This document shows positions 37,502-47,152 of a stretch of DNA of 64,000 bases, one piece after another (position 1 is the first letter of the stretch; every line of letters begins with the position of its first letter). The stretch lies in assembly GCA_015064255.1 (NCBI GenBank), contig SVSP01000006.1, positions 4,007-68,006 on the forward strand, read 5' to 3'. Under the pieces are notes generated by a model. The model was not told the DNA's origin, did no database searches, and worked only from the letters and a program-made list of their open reading frames with translations. Origin of the DNA: Oscillospiraceae bacterium (lineage in GTDB: Bacteria; Bacillota; Clostridia; Oscillospirales; CAG-272). The translations under genes were made by a program, and so were the position numbers.

Positions 37502-40500
37502 GTGAAAAAAACATGGAAGAAAGTGCTGGCTGTTGTTCTCGCAACGCTTATGGTAGTAGGGCTGGTTCCTATGACTGTATTTGCTGCGGTTGACTCGACG
37601 GGAAGACCCAAAGACGTGAACAATACGCTCGTTCTTTCAATCTACACAGGCAGCGGTTTCCCAGGTGAACCTGCTGTATACGGCACCGGAAATTATAAGA
37701 ACTTTAATTCGAAGTTCGAAGTAAAAAGCGGAGCTACATTTGCAAACAGTGCGAAAAATCAGCTCGACTGGAATAAAATCCAGAAAGACATCGTTCAGGG
37801 TACGACCAGCGGAAGCACTTCGGTTTGGGGTGTTTATGACGCTAATGGTACTAAGGATTATTTTTTGACAGACGCTACTATCATTGCGCCTGAAAATGAG
37901 GCTAAAATGATCCGCGCTATCAAAACGGATATGAAGAACAAGAGCGATGACGAGGTTTTAGCTAAGTACGAAATCGTTTGGTACGTTATTAAGCTTCAGC
38001 ACAATTCAGGTAGCTGGTGGAGCAGCGGAACTACAGAATGGCATATCGACGGCGTTATTAAGGAAAGAGAAAATATCTCTATCAACTATTACGGTAACGG
38101 TAATACATCAGGTGCAGCGCCTCTCGGTACGGCAGCTCATACAGCGGGCGATCCCTATACAGTTCTCGGTAAGAACACCATGGTAAAGAAGATCGGTGGA
38201 GTAGAAGTTGCATTTCTCGGTTGGAGTGCTAAGGCTGACGGTACGGGCGAAGAAGCAGGCTTCTATCAGCCCGGCGACGTTATCAATCCTACGCACAGTA
38301 TATCGCTCTACGCTATGTGGGATACAACCACTCAGTACACAGCGACAGTAAACACTTACCTTGACGGTAAACTTACTTCAGACAGTACTATTCACGGCAA
38401 AAACAGATCGCTCTACCTCAGTACAGATAATGAGCATTTCTATGAGCTCGTAGAAGGCGATGCAGGTGTATATACTGCTAAGATTACAGGTAACGGAAAG
38501 TTCCATCTTTACCACAAGAACGAGGCAGGTGTCTATATACAAGTAGGCAGCTACCAGCTTACTATTTATAATCAGGATGCAAGTCTTGACATTCTCCACT
38601 ACAGTGTAGCTTATGATGCAAACGGCGGAAGCTTCGATGGTGGCGCTATAAAAGACGTTTATTTTTACGGCGAAGCAGTGAACGTTATTTCTAGTGTTCC
38701 CGTTAGAGATGGCTACAGCTTTATCGGCTGGAAGTATGGCGATAGCAATATTTTTAAGGCTGGAGATAAAGTAACGTCCTCTATTTCTGAAGCAATGACA
38801 CTTACTGCACAGTGGATAAAAAATATTAATGTAACCGTAAACGTAACCATCAACCATGTGGGTGGCGACGGTTACGACCAGATGGAAACAAAGAATGATG
38901 TATTTATGGCTCTTGTTAGCAGAGCAGACTCTAATTCCGCTTATTTGGAAACGGGAGATGTTCTCGATTTGAGTGAAGACGCTCATCTCGGATTCGATTA
39001 TAGCGAAATCAATAACGTTTCTAAATATACATCTCAGGGCTTTACATTTACCAATATGCCCGGCGGAACAACCGGATATTCTGTTGCTACAAGCAAGTCG
39101 GGCTACGACACTACAGTAGAAACAAGACAGGATGCTGACGGCAACTGGATAATAGATGTAGTGATGACCTATGCTCCTACAAACTTTGACCTTGATTTCA
39201 CAGTTAAAGTAGATGAGTCAGTACCTTATAAATATATTCCGAATGCCGTTATCGTTAAAGTTACCTTCTGGTCAACTGATAGAAACTGCTGGGAAATTAT
39301 CACTCAGCAGGAGGGCGGCAAACCGGGTGTAAGAGTTGACATTGATCCTGCTACACGTAGCGGATTCGGTAGCTATCCGGTATGGAAGTACGAATCGTCA
39401 GGTAACTCTCCCTATGCTTACAGAATTCAGGTAACTGCGTTCGTTTATGCTGACGGAACGATTGTTCCTGCTTCTAACGTTATGGTTCAGAACGTAAAGT
39501 GGACTGACAATGTTTATGTTGCTACTATGGATGAAGTAGTTTACGGACAGAAGATCGATACTCTTAACGGCGCATATTTCGATGATGCTTCAAATGCTCA
39601 GATAGGTACTCTGAACGCGGTTGTTACAGTAGATCTTTATGACGTAATCTTTGATGCACAGGGCGGTACCGTTAACGGAACCAACTCGCAGATAGTAACA
39701 GAACAGCACAATGTTCCCAAGTTTAACGAATTCATTCCAGTACGCGACGGTGGATATATCTTTGATGGTTGGTACAAGAATGTAGCTTGCACTATTCCCG
39801 CAATTGAAGGCGAAGACCTTTCTGAAAATATTACTCTGTATGCAAAATGGATCGAGCCTCTTACAGTCAGCGGCAGTGTTGATGTCAAAGGAACCTACAT
39901 CCAAAACGGAGAAACTATAAAGGTCAATGGAATCGACCGTGCTAACGAGGTAGTAATAATACTTCAAGAAATCAGAAACGGAAAATATTATGAAGTAGAT
40001 AGCGTAAATATTTCACTTACGTATAATGTTGACGGAAACGCATCTGCTGAATATAGTTTTACAGGCATTCCTAATGACGGTAGAGAATACCGTATCTACG
40101 TTTTGGAGCTTAATTACGGCGCTAAATACGACAATGAAAGCGATAATGGAACAAGTTATTCGGAAAACGAATATACCGCAGAGTTTAGCGGAGATACAGT
40201 AGCTGATGTAGATGTTCTTATGGATTTCGTTCCTCAAGTGTACGATCAAGAACTCATAGTTGACGCGACACAAATAGGCGCGGAAAAACGTCCCTCAAGT
40301 GTACTCTCTGAAGTCATATACAGAGATATGGGTGATAACCACGCGTTTAATACTATAACTCAGCATACACAACTTCCTTACGGAGTAATAATCATACTTG
40401 AAAACGGAATGGGCAGCGGTGTGCAGTCTGTATGGAAATGGCATACTAACGGTACTCTTTATGCTTATCAGATGAATATTACCAAGGTTGACAGCGAAAA

Positions 40501-41962
40501 GTTCGACAGTGATGATGCTCCTTTCTATATCGTTTATAGCGAGCCTGCTCACTGGGACAACGCTACTGGCACCTATTCGAATAAACTTAAGGCAACTCTT
40601 ATTCCTAAGAACTACAAAGTAACCTTCGATTTGAACGCAGGTGAAGACATTATTGTTGGCATGGACACCTTCAAGCAGGAGGACGATTCATACGCTGCAA
40701 CACATACTTGGAGCTTTGATACTGTGCTTAATGCAGTTCCCGAAAGAGAAGGCTACGTATTTGTAGGATGGAAGCTCGGCGAAAAAACATACACCTCTGA
40801 TGTAACAATAGACGCTGACGTTCACGAGGATATTGTACTTGTGGCACAGTGGGAAAAGGAAATCATATCGAATGTTGTAGTTACTATTTCCGATCCCAGG
40901 GAAGGCGGTACAACAGTTGGAGACGGAACATATACGCTCGGCGACAACGTTTTAGTAGTTGCAACTCCCAATGAGCATTACAGCTTTGATGGCTGGTATG
41001 AGAATGGTGTGCTCGTTTCTAATTCGATGACGTACAGCTTTACTATAAGCAGCGACCGTTCACTTACGGCAAAGTTTACAAAGAACACCTATACGATAGG
41101 CGCTAATGCGATCCCCGAAAAGGGCGGAACAATCAGCGGTTGCGGTAGCTATCTTGCCGGAACAGAAATCACTCTCGTGGCTACTCCGAGTGCAGGATAT
41201 ACCTTTGTTGCTTGGCTGGATGAAAATGGCGAAACTATATCTACTAACAAGACACTCAAACACGTAGTTCTTGGCGACAGACAGTTCAAGGCTCACTTCA
41301 ATATGGTTAGTGAGTATACAAATAGCTATGCATATATTCTCGGTTATACAGATACCGAGATGGGTGCAGAGGGACCTCTTCTCAGATGTGAGGTTGCTGT
41401 TATGGTACACCGCCTTGTAAAGCAGAATAATGAACGCGGTGATTTTGTATACAATTCTATGAATCCCTCATTTACCGATATTTCCGGCGAGTGGTTCCAA
41501 AGTGGTATAGAATATATACATTATAGAGGAGGATTTACAGCTCAGGAGGGAACTGCTGTTTATCCCTATGCTCAGGTTACCCGTGGAGAAGTTTTCAAAA
41601 TTGTAGCTCTGGGACTTCATTTCACTGATGATGCAACACTATCCTATGCTGAATACGGCCAGATCCTTGCTGATCGTGGATATATTATCGGTGTTGCAGG
41701 AAGCGGAGATCTTGCTTGCGGAAACTATATGACAAGAGCGGAATTCTGCACAATGTTCAACAGAATTATAGGACGTGAAAATGCGTTGCTTATAGACGCT
41801 AATGGAAATAAGATCACAGCAGAAACCTACGGTTTCACCGATCTTGATCCTAATGCATGGTACTACGAAGCTGTGCTTCGTGCTACCAGCGCGTACGATG
41901 AAAATGGATACGTTGATGTTTCCAAGCGCGCTATAAGAGACGTAGTTGACGATTATTCGTAA
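37502..41962 (+). CDS. Large secreted surface protein with InlB B-repeat (Flg_new-like) domains and C-terminal SLH domains
   Basis: Sec signal; repeats of type YDANGG...P.RDGY.F.GW...LxAQW; SLH-like LLRCEVA, VTRGEV, MTRAEF; FTD.....WY. Confidence 0.8.
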   Translation: MKKTWKKVLAVVLATLMVVGLVPMTVFAAVDSTGRPKDVNNTLVLSIYTGSGFPGEPAVYGTGNYKNFNSKFEVKSGATFANSAKNQLDWNKIQKDIVQGTTSGSTSVWGVYDANGTKDYFLTDATIIAPENEAKMIRAIKTDMKNKSDDEVLAKYEIVWYVIKLQHNSGSWWSSGTTEWHIDGVIKERENISINYYGNGNTSGAAPLGTAAHTAGDPYTVLGKNTMVKKIGGVEVAFLGWSAKADGTGEEAGFYQPGDVINPTHSISLYAMWDTTTQYTATVNTYLDGKLTSDSTIHGKNRSLYLSTDNEHFYELVEGDAGVYTAKITGNGKFHLYHKNEAGVYIQVGSYQLTIYNQDASLDILHYSVAYDANGGSFDGGAIKDVYFYGEAVNVISSVPVRDGYSFIGWKYGDSNIFKAGDKVTSSISEAMTLTAQWIKNINVTVNVTINHVGGDGYDQMETKNDVFMALVSRADSNSAYLETGDVLDLSEDAHLGFDYSEINNVSKYTSQGFTFTNMPGGTTGYSVATSKSGYDTTVETRQDADGNWIIDVVMTYAPTNFDLDFTVKVDESVPYKYIPNAVIVKVTFWSTDRNCWEIITQQEGGKPGVRVDIDPATRSGFGSYPVWKYESSGNSPYAYRIQVTAFVYADGTIVPASNVMVQNVKWTDNVYVATMDEVVYGQKIDTLNGAYFDDASNAQIGTLNAVVTVDLYDVIFDAQGGTVNGTNSQIVTEQHNVPKFNEFIPVRDGGYIFDGWYKNVACTIPAIEGEDLSENITLYAKWIEPLTVSGSVDVKGTYIQNGETIKVNGIDRANEVVIILQEIRNGKYYEVDSVNISLTYNVDGNASAEYSFTGIPNDGREYRIYVLELNYGAKYDNESDNGTSYSENEYTAEFSGDTVADVDVLMDFVPQVYDQELIVDATQIGAEKRPSSVLSEVIYRDMGDNHAFNTITQHTQLPYGVIIILENGMGSGVQSVWKWHTNGTLYAYQMNITKVDSEKFDSDDAPFYIVYSEPAHWDNATGTYSNKLKATLIPKNYKVTFDLNAGEDIIVGMDTFKQEDDSYAATHTWSFDTVLNAVPEREGYVFVGWKLGEKTYTSDVTIDADVHEDIVLVAQWEKEIISNVVVTISDPREGGTTVGDGTYTLGDNVLVVATPNEHYSFDGWYENGVLVSNSMTYSFTISSDRSLTAKFTKNTYTIGANAIPEKGGTISGCGSYLAGTEITLVATPSAGYTFVAWLDENGETISTNKTLKHVVLGDRQFKAHFNMVSEYTNSYAYILGYTDTEMGAEGPLLRCEVAVMVHRLVKQNNERGDFVYNSMNPSFTDISGEWFQSGIEYIHYRGGFTAQEGTAVYPYAQVTRGEVFKIVALGLHFTDDATLSYAEYGQILADRGYIIGVAGSGDLACGNYMTRAEFCTMFNRIIGRENALLIDANGNKITAETYGFTDLDPNAWYYEAVLRATSAYDENGYVDVSKRAIRDVVDDYS

Positions 41963-42084
41963 AAAATAAATTGTCTTTAAAGCCGCACTTTCTGATTAGA
42001 AAGTGCGGCAGAGGAAAGCAGCAAAAAGTTTTGCTGCTTTCCTCTGCCGCAGGTGAGTAATAAAAAATAGGAAGTAGGCAAGGA

Positions 42085-43269
42085 ATGAATAAAAACAAAA
42101 ATATGAAAATCAGCGCACACTGTATACTTGCGTGTCTGTATTTTCTTTTGCTTCCGACGACGATAGCTGTTAATTCTAGCGGAAACTCATATTTAAAATT
42201 AGCCGCGATACCCATTGCGGTTTATTTTGTTATTACTATCTTGTTATCTAAAAAAACGTTACAGTTCAATGCCGTTCATCTCTTTTTGTGCATATATACT
42301 ATTTCAACAATTATTCCATTTTTACTTACTCCCGAAATTTCTTCTATAGATTTCGGATATTTATTAAATACAGCGTTGTATCTATGTATAACAATAGTAA
42401 AGTATAACGAAAGAGAACTGAAATTATTAGAGGATATACAGGTCGTTTTGCTTTTTATGCTTGTTGTAATAACCCTTCTTTCAAACGGTCTGTCATCGGA
42501 TAGAAGAACGCTTGAAATTTTCGGACAGACAAGCGACCCCAATTACTTTGTTGGATTTTTCATATTTCCTCTTGCGGTTACTATGAAAAAGATATTTCAA
42601 AGTAAATACCGTTTGCTTTATGTGATTTTAGTTTTTTTAAGTATATATTGTGTATTTATGTCCGGATCCCGAGGTGGTCTTATTGCTGTTATTGCAACGT
42701 TCGCGGCATTTGCGGCAATTTATCCAACTAAGCCCAAAAGTAAACTTATTATATTATTAACCGGAGGCGCTTTTGTCCTTCTGTCGTGGCTTGTGATTGC
42801 GCCGCTATTACCGGAAAACATTATTGCAAGAATGTCAATTAAGCAGGTTGTTGAAACAGGCGGAACGGGACGAATAGAAATATGGGGATCAATGCTAAAC
42901 GAGATCGTTCATTCTCCCGCGCATTTACTTTGTGGACGTGGTTTAAACACCATGCACGAAATGTTTATTGGTGGGCGTTGGAGTACTGCAGTTGCGCACA
43001 ACCAGATTATACAAGTTCTATATAGTCAAGGGATAGTAGGACTCATAGCATATATCTTATTACTGTGCAGCTGTCTTGTACGTTGTATGCGCAGACGAAA
43101 GACAGTAGCTATTGCAATTATTGGTATGATAGCTATTTCAATGTCGCTAAGCTTTAACGCAACTACTCGAACCTTTTGGAATTTAGTTGCGTACGCGGCA
43201 ATCAATTTTTCAGACAGTAAATATCATATGAACATAGAAAATAATAAAATACCGGAGGAAAATCAATAA
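42085..43269 (+). CDS. O-antigen ligase/polymerase (Wzy_C) family membrane protein
   Basis: About 11 TMs; DPNY, SGSRGG, GTGRIEIW, AHNQ...GIVGL. Confidence 0.82.
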   Translation: MNKNKNMKISAHCILACLYFLLLPTTIAVNSSGNSYLKLAAIPIAVYFVITILLSKKTLQFNAVHLFLCIYTISTIIPFLLTPEISSIDFGYLLNTALYLCITIVKYNERELKLLEDIQVVLLFMLVVITLLSNGLSSDRRTLEIFGQTSDPNYFVGFFIFPLAVTMKKIFQSKYRLLYVILVFLSIYCVFMSGSRGGLIAVIATFAAFAAIYPTKPKSKLIILLTGGAFVLLSWLVIAPLLPENIIARMSIKQVVETGGTGRIEIWGSMLNEIVHSPAHLLCGRGLNTMHEMFIGGRWSTAVAHNQIIQVLYSQGIVGLIAYILLLCSCLVRCMRRRKTVAIAIIGMIAISMSLSFNATTRTFWNLVAYAAINFSDSKYHMNIENNKIPEENQ

Positions 43270-44708
43270 TGGTGGAAAATACAAATAAAGTAACACGTCC
43301 ATCGGAAAATCATAATAACGAAAGGGACAGAAAAAGATTTTTTAATGTAATTTGCGTGATTGTTTTGGTTTTTGCACTTATTATTCCTTGTGTAATTACT
43401 ACCTGTCAATTTACAAATAGCGTGAGCGCTACTGTAACAATTAATTCCGTTTCTTCGATTGACGGTAAAAATCCCGACGGAACACCGTTCAGCATAATGG
43501 AGTTATTCAGCGACGATACGCTGAGTAGTGCTGTAGAGAAACTGAACGGAATAATGAGCGTACAAGAACTTCGCAGCCACTTGAACGTTTCCGATACCTT
43601 GAACGGTGAAACTTTTTCTGAATTTGAACAGGGTGTTTTGAACGGCGAAGAGGAAAACAACTATTTTCCAACTCAGTATTCTGTAACTTATAGTACAATA
43701 TCTGAACAGATAAAGTATGAGGGCTTCGGAGCGCAGTGTAAGAGTCTTTGGAGAAGTCTTTTTCTTCCTTCAAAAACTAAAATACTTAACGTAGTTCTGC
43801 AAAGTTACATAGAACAGTATTCCAAGGCGCACCTCGATTACGAATCACTGTTTGATACCGATTGGGATGCAATTGATTCTATGGATTACTATAACCGCTT
43901 TGATGCAATACAGAAAACAGTTTGGCGCTTCCAGAGATTTTTACAGTATAAGAGCAAACAAAACTTTACCGGATATGGCAATGGTGCGGCAAACGGATTT
44001 TATGATCTTATTGTAAAGCTCTCCCAAGGACCCGAGAAGAACATAGAGAACTTTCAAGCGTATATTACGCAGCATGGCGTAACCAATGATAAAGAGGAGC
44101 TTTTAAGACAGTTTGAATATATGCAACAGCTTTGTCAGGAGGAAGAAACTCGCAAGACGAAGGAGTATCTTGTTCTGCGTGAAGCAATAGAAATGTACGA
44201 TTCCTCAACTACCAAAGTCGTGTTTATTCCTGCACTTGACGGAGAAGACTCGTTCTATATGAGCAGAACTAAGGTCGGACTTGATTATCTCTCTGAAAAA
44301 GCAGATGCTGCAAAGATTGCTGCAGATGATGCAGGGTATTCAGCAAAGCACTATATTTATCTGCAAAATTGTTTCAGTAACGATTATATAATTGATGACG
44401 ACGGAAATAGAATACAGGTTAAAAATACTCAAGCGCAAAGAGACCATGCAGACAAGCTGTACTCTGCATTGAAAAACGAGCTTGTTAACTTTTCTGCAGA
44501 GCTTCAGCTTTTGACTAGTCAGGGAAGTCAGTTGCAGCAAGAGGAGATAGTTCTCGGAAATACTTACAGTAATGCTAGTATAGTTAGCATCGTGATTTCT
44601 TTGGTGAAAAAATACGTGTTGATTTTAACAGCATGTTTCGTAGTATTTTACGTTTACAGAATTATAGATGTGAAAATAAAAAACAAGGGTAAGGAGGAAA
44701 CAAAATGA
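43269..44708 (+). CDS. Putative polysaccharide co-polymerase-like protein (2 TM, large helical ectodomain)
   Basis: TM near each terminus; helical core; G.NPDGTPF motif; glycan-locus context. Confidence 0.55.
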   Translation: MVENTNKVTRPSENHNNERDRKRFFNVICVIVLVFALIIPCVITTCQFTNSVSATVTINSVSSIDGKNPDGTPFSIMELFSDDTLSSAVEKLNGIMSVQELRSHLNVSDTLNGETFSEFEQGVLNGEEENNYFPTQYSVTYSTISEQIKYEGFGAQCKSLWRSLFLPSKTKILNVVLQSYIEQYSKAHLDYESLFDTDWDAIDSMDYYNRFDAIQKTVWRFQRFLQYKSKQNFTGYGNGAANGFYDLIVKLSQGPEKNIENFQAYITQHGVTNDKEELLRQFEYMQQLCQEEETRKTKEYLVLREAIEMYDSSTTKVVFIPALDGEDSFYMSRTKVGLDYLSEKADAAKIAADDAGYSAKHYIYLQNCFSNDYIIDDDGNRIQVKNTQAQRDHADKLYSALKNELVNFSAELQLLTSQGSQLQQEEIVLGNTYSNASIVSIVISLVKKYVLILTACFVVFYVYRIIDVKIKNKGKEETK

Positions 44709-46057
44709 TAGCATCAGAAATTATAAAAAAGCTTTGGACACGAAAATCGCTCATAGCTTTATTTATGTCTGTGGCTTTATTGCTTTGTTATTTTGGACTG
44801 TTTATGTGTCAAAGCTACACAGCTACGGTGTACGTTAAATACACTGAAAATAACGTTGTCAACGGCAAAGCCTCCAATGGTGAAAAAATAGATCCCTACG
44901 AAATTGCTCAGCCTTACGTTGTAATAAAAGCACTTGAACAGATGGGTGTTGAAACAAATAACGTAACCGATATATCGCAGAGAATTACCATAACCCCTAT
45001 TGTTTCCAAGGCTGAACAAGACAAATACGCTTCCTGGATAGATGAGTTTTCCGATTATAAAAACACAGAAGAAAATAAACCGACTCCTATATATTACCGT
45101 GTCGAGTTCAGTACTAATGAGGGTACTCAGTTTGCCAAAAACTTTTTGAGCGCACTTGTGCATCAGTATCGCAGTTATTACACAGAAAAATATGACGGAT
45201 TTTATGATGTTTCTGCTATTCCCGAATCCGTAATATTGGATTCAGACTACTATCAGGCTGTCAATAAGCTTCAGATAAACGTCAAAGAAACAGTAAGATA
45301 TCTTAATAATATAGCAACAAGTGACGTGGATTTCCGTTCTTCCACAACAGGATATTCTATTAACGATCTGATAGATCTATTCCGTCAGCTTATTGAAACA
45401 GAGATCGCTCCTACAACACAGTATATTCTTGATACCGGAGTTAGTAAGGACGCTGCCACGCTTATAGCGTCACTAAGACAAAGTTCAGATACTGCTCAAA
45501 GAGAAAGCGATGAGAATTTGCTTAAAGCGAGTACCCAGAAACAGCTGATGGAGCTGTATGCCGAGAAAAATAAAGAATACGTATCGACAATAATTGATCC
45601 CGATAATTATGATAATCAGGTAAGAGTAGATGTTGAACGTGATAACGCATATGTTCAAAATATGACGACATATGACCAGCTTATGCTTGATTACGTAGAT
45701 TACGCAGTAAACAGTGAAAATCTTCTTATAGATAAATCGTATATTAACGAAAGTCTTTCAAAATTTGGTAATATAACTTCAGGCGCAGAAGCACCGATCG
45801 AAAAAATAGCAAATATTTACGATCAGTATGCGTTTTTAATGGATATTACTGAACATACCTTGGACGGATATAACGAATTTAGGTGTTCAAGAGTACTGTT
45901 GCAAGCATCCGGTGTGCAGATAAGTGAAAATTTGCCCGAGCTGATTTATTATACTATAAGTCTAATTCTCGCATTCTGTCTGGGCTGCGGATATATAATT
46001 ACACAGGAGTTTATGAAGCGTAGAGAAAGTAATGCAAACGAAGAAGCAAAACAGTAA
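44705..46057 (+). CDS. Second putative co-polymerase-like protein (2 TM)
   Basis: Same topology; GKASNGEKIDPYEI and DFRS.TTGYS motifs; overlaps the previous gene. Confidence 0.55.
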   Translation: MIASEIIKKLWTRKSLIALFMSVALLLCYFGLFMCQSYTATVYVKYTENNVVNGKASNGEKIDPYEIAQPYVVIKALEQMGVETNNVTDISQRITITPIVSKAEQDKYASWIDEFSDYKNTEENKPTPIYYRVEFSTNEGTQFAKNFLSALVHQYRSYYTEKYDGFYDVSAIPESVILDSDYYQAVNKLQINVKETVRYLNNIATSDVDFRSSTTGYSINDLIDLFRQLIETEIAPTTQYILDTGVSKDAATLIASLRQSSDTAQRESDENLLKASTQKQLMELYAEKNKEYVSTIIDPDNYDNQVRVDVERDNAYVQNMTTYDQLMLDYVDYAVNSENLLIDKSYINESLSKFGNITSGAEAPIEKIANIYDQYAFLMDITEHTLDGYNEFRCSRVLLQASGVQISENLPELIYYTISLILAFCLGCGYIITQEFMKRRESNANEEAKQ

Positions 46058-47057
46058 AATTCATCTCACGGGATACTTTGATTCGAATTTTGGCGATGAT
46101 ATGATGATGAAGCTGGTGGTAAGAAATCTTCCGGATATAACATTTGTCATTGAAAACACCGTAGATACGCCTATTTTTGCTGAACAGAATGTTGTTGCAG
46201 CAAGCCGTGAAGAATGTGATAAGTTAGAAAAATTAGTAGTTACGGGCAGTGGTTTTATGATAAATAACAAAGCTGCTCTAATAACAGAGCTTATATGGTT
46301 TCTAAAAAAACACCGAGCAGGCGATTATCTTTTAGGGTGTAACATTGAACCGCTAAGTAATTGCATCAAACGTTTTTTGATCGGTAAAAAGCTTAATAAA
46401 TTCAAACTTATTACTTGCAGGGACAAAAAATCCTATAGCTGGCTTTGCAAATATGCTCGCTGCGCAGAGATACACTATTTGCCCGATCTTTTGTTTTCTA
46501 TTCCTAATGAGTGGCTTCCCGAAATTAAATCACCTAACAAGCTCGGTATAAGCTTGATGCATCGATATGGAGATCACGAAAACTGTGAATATTATCAAGC
46601 AATGGCAGAAATTGCAGATGAATGGATAAGTAGAACGGGGAAAGACGTACTTTTGATGGCTTTCGATACGGGCGTAGAGGATGATTTGTTTGCTTGTCGT
46701 GCGGTAAAATCGCTTATGCGTTTTCCTGAGCGTGTCGAGATAGTTGCTCATAAGGATTGTAGCGAGATTCCCGAGGCTTTTGCAAAATGTGAAAAGATTA
46801 TTGGGGCAAGATTTCATTCTATCGTATTGGCACTTAGAATGGGTATTAACTTGTTTCCGATCATTTTTCGCGAAAAAGCGCGAAATTTGTTGAATGATAT
46901 CGAATATCCTTTCGCTGTATGTGATATAGACTCTATTGATAAAAAAGCCTTGAGTACTTTTCTTTCGGAAGAACAGGATGCGTATCGTTTAGAAAAAAAT
47001 ATATACATAAGTGCAAATGAGCATACGCGTATACTGAAACATCACTTGGAACATTAA
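46032..47057 (+). CDS. Polysaccharide pyruvyl transferase family protein
   Basis: GYFDSNFGDD, TCRDKKS, PDL and GARFHS motifs. Confidence 0.85.
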   Translation: MQTKKQNSKIHLTGYFDSNFGDDMMMKLVVRNLPDITFVIENTVDTPIFAEQNVVAASREECDKLEKLVVTGSGFMINNKAALITELIWFLKKHRAGDYLLGCNIEPLSNCIKRFLIGKKLNKFKLITCRDKKSYSWLCKYARCAEIHYLPDLLFSIPNEWLPEIKSPNKLGISLMHRYGDHENCEYYQAMAEIADEWISRTGKDVLLMAFDTGVEDDLFACRAVKSLMRFPERVEIVAHKDCSEIPEAFAKCEKIIGARFHSIVLALRMGINLFPIIFREKARNLLNDIEYPFAVCDIDSIDKKALSTFLSEEQDAYRLEKNIYISANEHTRILKHHLEH

Positions 47058-47152
47058 ACACCTTAAGATTATTAGGTAAGGATTCGTCGAAGTCTAATAT
47101 AAATAAGAATTTGACTTTCTGACACGAATCGATTTACTAAGAGGAAAAGATA

